A stretch of DNA of 64,000 nucleotides from a virus: positions 1 to 64,000 of the IMG/VR virus record IMGVR_UViG_3300028840_002702; one strand, 5' to 3'. Positions 59,598 through 64,000 of the stretch are shown here, piece after piece. The notes under the pieces are model-generated. The model was not told where the DNA came from, did no database searches, and saw nothing but the letters and a program-made list of their open reading frames with translations. Numbering within the stretch: position 1 is the first letter of the stretch; every line of letters begins with the position of its first letter. The position numbers were made by a program, and so were the translations under genes.

Positions 59598-59793
59598 AAA
59601 TATTCCATCACAAGCATGGCGGCAGACTTACGATCATGCTCACCTTAAAACATTAATTGAATATAAATTTCGCTATTATATATCTTCATGGCAGTTCGAG
59701 ATCATTCCGAAAGCCATGGGGATATACACTCATCCCTTAGGGACGGATACGATTCAAAGCCTCTTCCTATATGATCCGAAGATTCCTATATAG
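59557..59793 (+). CDS. hypothetical protein
   Basis: 78-aa ORF overlapping the preceding stop. Confidence 0.35.
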   Translation: MTMAVKVQKFNFPKNIPSQAWRQTYDHAHLKTLIEYKFRYYISSWQFEIIPKAMGIYTHPLGTDTIQSLFLYDPKIPI

Positions 59794-59807
59794 GGGCTTC
59801 AAAAATA

Positions 59808-59857
59808 ATCAAAAGACGATCAAAAGACGATCAAAAGACGATCAAAAGACGATCAAA
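59808..59857. repeat. tandem 11-mer ATCAAAAGACG x4.5
   Basis: Copies at 59808, 59819, 59830, 59841; each junction forms GATC. Confidence 0.95.
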
Positions 59858-59959
59858 CAATCATCAATCATCAATCATCTATCATATCTTATCTTATCTT
59901 ATTATCATATCATCAATCATATCATCAATCATATCATCAATCATATCATCAATCATATC
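59858..59959. repeat. G-free microsatellite tract including 12-mer ATCATATCATCA x4.5
   Basis: 12-mers at 59904, 59916, 59928, 59940, plus TCATCAA and ATCTT repeats. Confidence 0.9.
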
Positions 59960-60081
59960 TCAACAAACGGGTTATAACCTCAAGAACCCTTCCCATCCCA
60001 GAAACCCTCTATTGGCATTTTTCTACGAGCAGGTTATAACCAGTTGTACCGCGCTTATTAACCTCTGAAGTATATGGCTTT

Positions 60082-60550
60082 TTGTTACGAGCCAGTTGTT
60101 CTAAACAACTTTGGAAGTAAGTAATATACCCGTTGTTACGAGCTCTAATTAGATTAAAGTAATATACCAGTTGTTCTAAACAACTTTGGAAGTAAGTAAT
60201 ATACCCGTTGCTACGAGCTCTAATTAGATTAAAGTAATACACCTGTTGTTCTAAACATATACATTCTACGAGGTTGTGTACGAGTTGTTACGAGCTTGAA
60301 TACATTCAAGTTATTCGCACGTTGTTCTAAACAACTTTGGAAGTAAGTAATATACCCGTTGCTACGAGCTCTAATTAGATTAAAGTAATACACCTGTTGT
60401 TTCAAGCTCTAATTAGATTAAAGTAATATACCAGTTGTTCCTAACTATTTTGGGAGTAAGTAATACACCTGTTGTTCCTAACTATTTTGGGAGTAAGTAA
60501 TATACCCGTTGTTTCAAGCTCTAATTAGATTAATGTAATACACCCGTTGC
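60082..60550 (+). repeat. array of 12-13 units of 37-38 bp: 18-bp core AAGTAATAYACCHGTTGY plus two classes of 19-20-bp inserts
   Basis: Cores at 60119, 60157, 60194, 60232, (60271, 60308 degenerate), 60345, 60383, 60421, 60458, 60495, 60533. Confidence 0.9.
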
Positions 60551-60636
60551 TTGGTACTTAAAAACCTTTAAAGTATTTGACTATTAGTAGGGAAACTAAG
60601 AATCAAAGCTATTAGCAAAATACTACATCCCAGCGT

Positions 60637-60716
60637 TGTTACGAGCCTTTTGCTACGAGCCTTTGTATACGAGCCTTTTGTAACCGGCTTTTAGATACGA
60701 GCTCTTTTGAACGAGA
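60637..60716 (+). repeat. 14-bp-period ACGAGC tandem
   Basis: ACGAG at 60641, 60655, 60669, (ACCGG 60683), 60697, 60711. Confidence 0.9.
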
Positions 60717-60766
60717 CTTAAAGCGAAAAAAAGTTTTAAAAAAGTAGTACTTTTTAATATTTATGT

Positions 60767-60795
60767 ATTTACTTATATCAGTTTTGAATTATATT
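60767..60795 (+). promoter_or_regulatory. early promoter TTTACT-N16-TATATT
   Basis: Same geometry as the other copies, with AT-rich upstream element, ahead of the first early-type gene. Confidence 0.65.
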
Positions 60796-60893
60796 ATATA
60801 TAGGTGGAGGGTAATATATAATGGATATATTAACCCTGCTGCCGCCCTTAATTAAAACGGGCATTGCGCCCAACACCAAAAAGGAGATCTACC

Positions 60894-61325
60894 ATGATCA
60901 CCAAAAACGCCGCCACTCTGGCAATCCTGACCGAAGCCCTCAACTCCCTGGCAGTCCGTGCGAAGAAGAACAAACTCCAAGACGGTGACACTAAGTTGCT
61001 CGAATCCATCTGGCGTTGCTCCTTCACATCCCACACCAAATACGACCGCGAAGCGGTTGGCGAGTTCGCAAAAATCATCAACTACGGCGGAACACCTCCT
61101 ACCAAGCCGGAAAACGATGATCAGGAACAATACGACTACGTCGTATCCAACGCCCATAAGTGGATCGCAAAATGGGATATCTGCCCTAAGATAACCGCTA
61201 AGCTCGAAGAAGAAGCTGCCAAGAAGAAAGCTGAGGAGCAAGCCGCGAAGGAAGCTGAGAAAGCGGCTAAGGAAGCCGAAGCCGCCGCTCAGAAGGACGA
61301 ATCCTCGGAAGAGAAATCCGCCTAA
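60894..61325 (+). CDS. early-type protein with Ala/Glu/Lys-rich C-terminal helix
   Basis: AAGGAG RBS, ATG at 60894; GC-rich, C-ending codons unlike the rest of the window. Confidence 0.8.
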   Translation: MITKNAATLAILTEALNSLAVRAKKNKLQDGDTKLLESIWRCSFTSHTKYDREAVGEFAKIINYGGTPPTKPENDDQEQYDYVVSNAHKWIAKWDICPKITAKLEEEAAKKKAEEQAAKEAEKAAKEAEAAAQKDESSEEKSA

Positions 61326-61339
61326 CGGATAACCACCCT

Positions 61340-61369
61340 CCCCGGACCTCCATGGTCCGGGGACCTTTT
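61340..61369 (+). terminator. GC-rich hairpin, probable terminator or processing stem
   Basis: CCCCGGACC-TCCAT-GGTCCGGGG followed by ACCTTTT. Confidence 0.7.
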
Positions 61370-61521
61370 GAGTCGCATTAATTGTCCAGAGCAAATAGTT
61401 GTACAGAGAAATTCTCGCGAGCTCGCCGCAATTAGTGGATTCAAGAGGTCCTCGGATACCTTGAAATCCGCAACTTAACCAAACAACGAGCTCCTTTCAA
61501 CGAGCTCAAAGGAACGAAGAA

Positions 61522-61761
61522 ATGAGCATGATCATGGCAATGGTCCCTCACAAGACAACATCTGCCGGGGTACCAATCATCCCTCGTCAGCATCTCTCAA
61601 CTGAAACTCGCTTTAACGCCCGTGAACGTGGTGGTGCGGTTCTTATCACTGGGGAGAAGATCTCCTATAAGAAAGGTGTTGGTTACCTTTATACTCACTC
61701 CTACTCCCTCCGTGCAAAATTGGACACATTCCTCCACTGGTGGGATGGCAAAGTACTCTAA
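61522..61761 (+). CDS. hypothetical early protein
   Basis: AAAGGA RBS embedded in ACGAG repeats. Confidence 0.65.
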   Translation: MSMIMAMVPHKTTSAGVPIIPRQHLSTETRFNARERGGAVLITGEKISYKKGVGYLYTHSYSLRAKLDTFLHWWDGKVL

Positions 61762-61796
61762 CGAGCCTTAACGAACGAGCATAAAGGAACGAGATA

Positions 61797-62525
61797 ATGT
61801 CTCACACTTTTCTTAAAACAAATTATGCCGATCATGGCATATGTCTAGGCGTTCCCTACTCTGATGGGAGCGGTTATACCACACCGCAAGTGGTAGAATA
61901 CAACTTGGCGCGCCGAATGTTCTATAACTGGCGGGTAGCAGTATATCGCAACAGTGATAGTCAGATGCAAGTTTTGATCAATCCTACCGATCAAGAAGAA
62001 GCATCTGGATGGTTTAATGGTTCAGAAGAAGTCGAAGGACGAATCATCGAATATGTTGCAATAGACTGTGGATCATTTTTTGATATGGATGATGGAACAT
62101 GTCTTCGAATGTCACATCCAATGGAAGAATTGATTGAGTGGTCATGCATCCTCAACGTATTCAAAGCTAAATTCTGCCCAGACATTGAATTGGCACCTAG
62201 TGCAGGATTCATTGGAGCCAAACGGAATGCGAGAGATTACAAGGTTCGATTAATAGAAGCAATCTCCTCGGCAGACTTTGAAGGGAAGGATGAGATGATC
62301 AGTAACGAGCCCTTTCCAACGACCACTTTTGATCATCAACTTGATCAAAATGATCGCGATAAGATCATTACTAAGATCAATGAGATCTTAAAAGATGGTG
62401 TTAAAGTTGGTTGTGATTCAACGATCGTTGGCAATACTCGACAAATCTGGAAAGCTCTTGGAATTGATCAACATCAAGAAAACCGAGTTGTTAACCTACT
62501 GAAGCGTGTAATTGATAACATCTAA
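61797..62525 (+). CDS. hypothetical early protein
   Basis: 242-aa ORF, AAAGGA RBS. Confidence 0.7.
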   Translation: MSHTFLKTNYADHGICLGVPYSDGSGYTTPQVVEYNLARRMFYNWRVAVYRNSDSQMQVLINPTDQEEASGWFNGSEEVEGRIIEYVAIDCGSFFDMDDGTCLRMSHPMEELIEWSCILNVFKAKFCPDIELAPSAGFIGAKRNARDYKVRLIEAISSADFEGKDEMISNEPFPTTTFDHQLDQNDRDKIITKINEILKDGVKVGCDSTIVGNTRQIWKALGIDQHQENRVVNLLKRVIDNI

Positions 62526-62536
62526 ATACGAAGATC

Positions 62537-62803
62537 ATGTCAAACAAAGAAATTATAACATGGAATACTGGGCGCCAGTATACGAGGGAAGGTCAACGAA
62601 TTGGAGCAACTATCCATGAAGGAATAGTTCAATTCTCTGATTATGACCGAATGGTATCGGGGACCTTCCCACATATACCTGGTATTGATCTGAAAGAACA
62701 AGTCATGGATCACTACGACAATAACAAATATAGTTGTAGTATGCCATATGAACACCGACAGGAGTTGGAAGAGTATATCAAGGAACATGCACCAACCCTC
62801 TAA
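62537..62803 (+). CDS. hypothetical protein
   Basis: WNTGRQYTREGQRI.A motif seen in small phage proteins. Confidence 0.7.
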   Translation: MSNKEIITWNTGRQYTREGQRIGATIHEGIVQFSDYDRMVSGTFPHIPGIDLKEQVMDHYDNNKYSCSMPYEHRQELEEYIKEHAPTL

Positions 62804-62820
62804 CAAGAAAGGAACGAGCT

Positions 62821-63000
62821 ATGATCAACGAGCTAGAACAACAAGAACGACCACCTCAAGTAGTAAAAGAAGAACTAATCAATCTTCTCCAGGAATTCTC
62901 AGATCATCTCTTCAGTGGAAACTATGATGGTGATTGGGATGAAGATGATATCCAAGATATCAAGAATGCAACAGGAATCCTCCAAGACGAAATTGAATAG
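62821..63000 (+). CDS. 59-aa acidic protein missing from the ORF track (MINELEQQERPPQ...LQDEIE)
   Basis: AAAGGA RBS, ATG at 62821, TAG at 62998-63000; highly acidic C-half. Confidence 0.7.
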   Translation: MINELEQQERPPQVVKEELINLLQEFSDHLFSGNYDGDWDEDDIQDIKNATGILQDEIE

Positions 63001-63008
63001 GACGAGCT

Positions 63009-63308
63009 ATGACGAACGAGAAATGTAAATGTAAATGGGGCCAGTATTATTCTGAGAATGAACATGGTCAATCCGTATGGGTCTGTGACGAATGTGGTGC
63101 AGTTCGTGATAAACCAAAAGAACAAGAATTCACCTGCGCAGAATGTAATAAGGAGATTCATGGCAGAATCAATCTAGTGGATCCAGGATCCTATGGATTT
63201 GTTAGATTCAAAAATGAACCACATGAAGAGATCTGTGATGAATGCTGGGATCGCAGAGTCAATAACCAAGGAGATCGTTACTACCTAAATAGCGAGGCAG
63301 CCTACTAA
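63009..63308 (+). CDS. Cys-rich zinc-binding protein
   Basis: CKC, CDEC, CAEC, CDEC; AGGA RBS. Confidence 0.7.
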   Translation: MTNEKCKCKWGQYYSENEHGQSVWVCDECGAVRDKPKEQEFTCAECNKEIHGRINLVDPGSYGFVRFKNEPHEEICDECWDRRVNNQGDRYYLNSEAAY

Positions 63309-63497
63309 ATGAAATATGAGAAGATTAAAATCGTTATAGGTGCATTGTGTCTAATAGCATCTATAGGAATAATTACATATATCAGTACGAGACCAATCAA
63401 CGAGCTTGGCTTGTACGAGTTTGTAATCAATTCATTCTTTCTGATACTATGTGCAATCATAGTAGATAAATGGTTGTTTATAAGGATGCGTGACTAG
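63309..63497 (+). CDS. small two-TM membrane protein
   Basis: Two hydrophobic helices. Confidence 0.6.
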   Translation: MKYEKIKIVIGALCLIASIGIITYISTRPINELGLYEFVINSFFLILCAIIVDKWLFIRMRD

Positions 63498-63647
63498 TGT
63501 CACTCGGTGTCCCTCGTTAGCTATCACGCGAGCGAGAACACAATTCCCAACAACCCAAACAAACCCTCCCTAACGGGTAGACCTATGTCTATATAATCAC
63601 GTTTCGTTAAAAGTAAACTAAGAAAAGACTGGAGTTGAAAAAAAGTT

Positions 63648-63815
63648 ATGTTCAATAAGAATGCTCTAATTATAATAGGAGTAGTACTGTTCATTTATGG
63701 TGTTATCTTTCCCCCACCTAAATCAATTGAATTCATGCGTCAACCAATGATTACTGCATCTATTATCCTATTAGTATTAGGTAGTACATATACAAACTTG
63801 GATAAAAAAGAATGA
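63648..63815 (+). CDS. 55-aa two-TM membrane protein missing from the ORF track
   Basis: MFNKNALIIIGVVLFIYGVIFPPP...ASIILLVLGS; GGAG upstream. Confidence 0.55.
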   Translation: MFNKNALIIIGVVLFIYGVIFPPPKSIEFMRQPMITASIILLVLGSTYTNLDKKE

Positions 63816-63916
63816 AGAACTCAACAAAAGAACTTTTAATATTCATTGCATTATTCCTTAGTATATTATTCATGATGACTGCACCTCTATGGATGTATTG
63901 GATTCTTGGAAAGTGA
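63812..63916 (+). CDS. 34-aa single-TM peptide missing from the ORF track
   Basis: ATGA overlap with the preceding stop; MKNSTKELLIFIALFLSILFMMTAPLWMYWILGK. Confidence 0.5.
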   Translation: MKNSTKELLIFIALFLSILFMMTAPLWMYWILGK

Positions 63917-64000
63917 TCGCAAATGATCATTTTCAGTAGAAAAGTTGGAATAACCCTAGGGAAGATTTACCTCGTTGTATAAAAATGATCACTTTTTGAT

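Noticed and set aside
59771-60242. ORFs 59771-59977 (+) and 60009-60242 (-)
   Set aside because: They are translations of the DNA repeats (HIIN repeats, duplicated YYFNLIRAR) with no RBS
60082-60550. CRISPR or TIGR-type guide array
   Set aside because: Inserts are recurrent A/B classes rather than unique spacers, the core is only 18 bp, and no cas or Nop-domain gene is recognisable in the window; kept as a repeat array
60848-61394. Minus-strand ORFs 60848-61081 and 60852-61394 and alternate-frame 60958-61194
   Set aside because: Shadows of the GC-rich gene 60894-61325, which has the RBS, promoter and terminator
63921-63997. Two AAATGATCAYTTT near-palindromes at the window end
   Set aside because: Only two copies with context truncated by the window edge; insufficient support for an operator call
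1-64000. Stop-codon reassignment, tRNA genes, integrase/transposase, or DGR reverse transcriptase
   Set aside because: Genes tile densely in the standard code using TAA, TAG and TGA stops; no cloverleaf, recombinase or RT motifs were seen by eye (tRNAscan-SE not run)

Overview
This 64-kb window is part of a large, AT-rich, T4-superfamily (myovirus/jumbo-like) phage genome in the standard genetic code. (1) 310-15062, minus strand: virion genes, namely a GC-richer cassette of glycine-rich adhesins, tail fibre/collar proteins, baseplate wedges including gp6, and a probable small terminase. (2) 15178-18503: gp55-like late sigma factor, gp47 and gp46. (3) 18555-35105: a ~16.5-kb island of soluble glycan-building enzymes: CysC, a sulfotransferase, about nine glycosyltransferase genes (two GT10, two GT29-like fusions), three methyltransferases, and a CMP-transferase/HpcH aldolase/dehydrogenase trio. 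(4) 35110-55175: GroES, class II RNR, dUTPase, dCMP deaminase, family B polymerase, ThyX, and a putative cytosine hypermodification locus (dCMP hydroxymethylase-like enzyme, dNMP kinase, and two DNA-glycosyltransferase-like genes flanking an atypical C5-methyltransferase). (5) 57453-59597: late genes sharing a capsid-targeting-like leader. (6) 59800-60720: non-coding microsatellites and a 37/38-bp modular repeat array. (7) 60894-64000: a compositionally distinct early-type region carrying strand-polar ACGAG(C) motifs phased at 14 bp over ribosome-binding sites. All protein assignments come from motif recognition by eye; no database searches were run.
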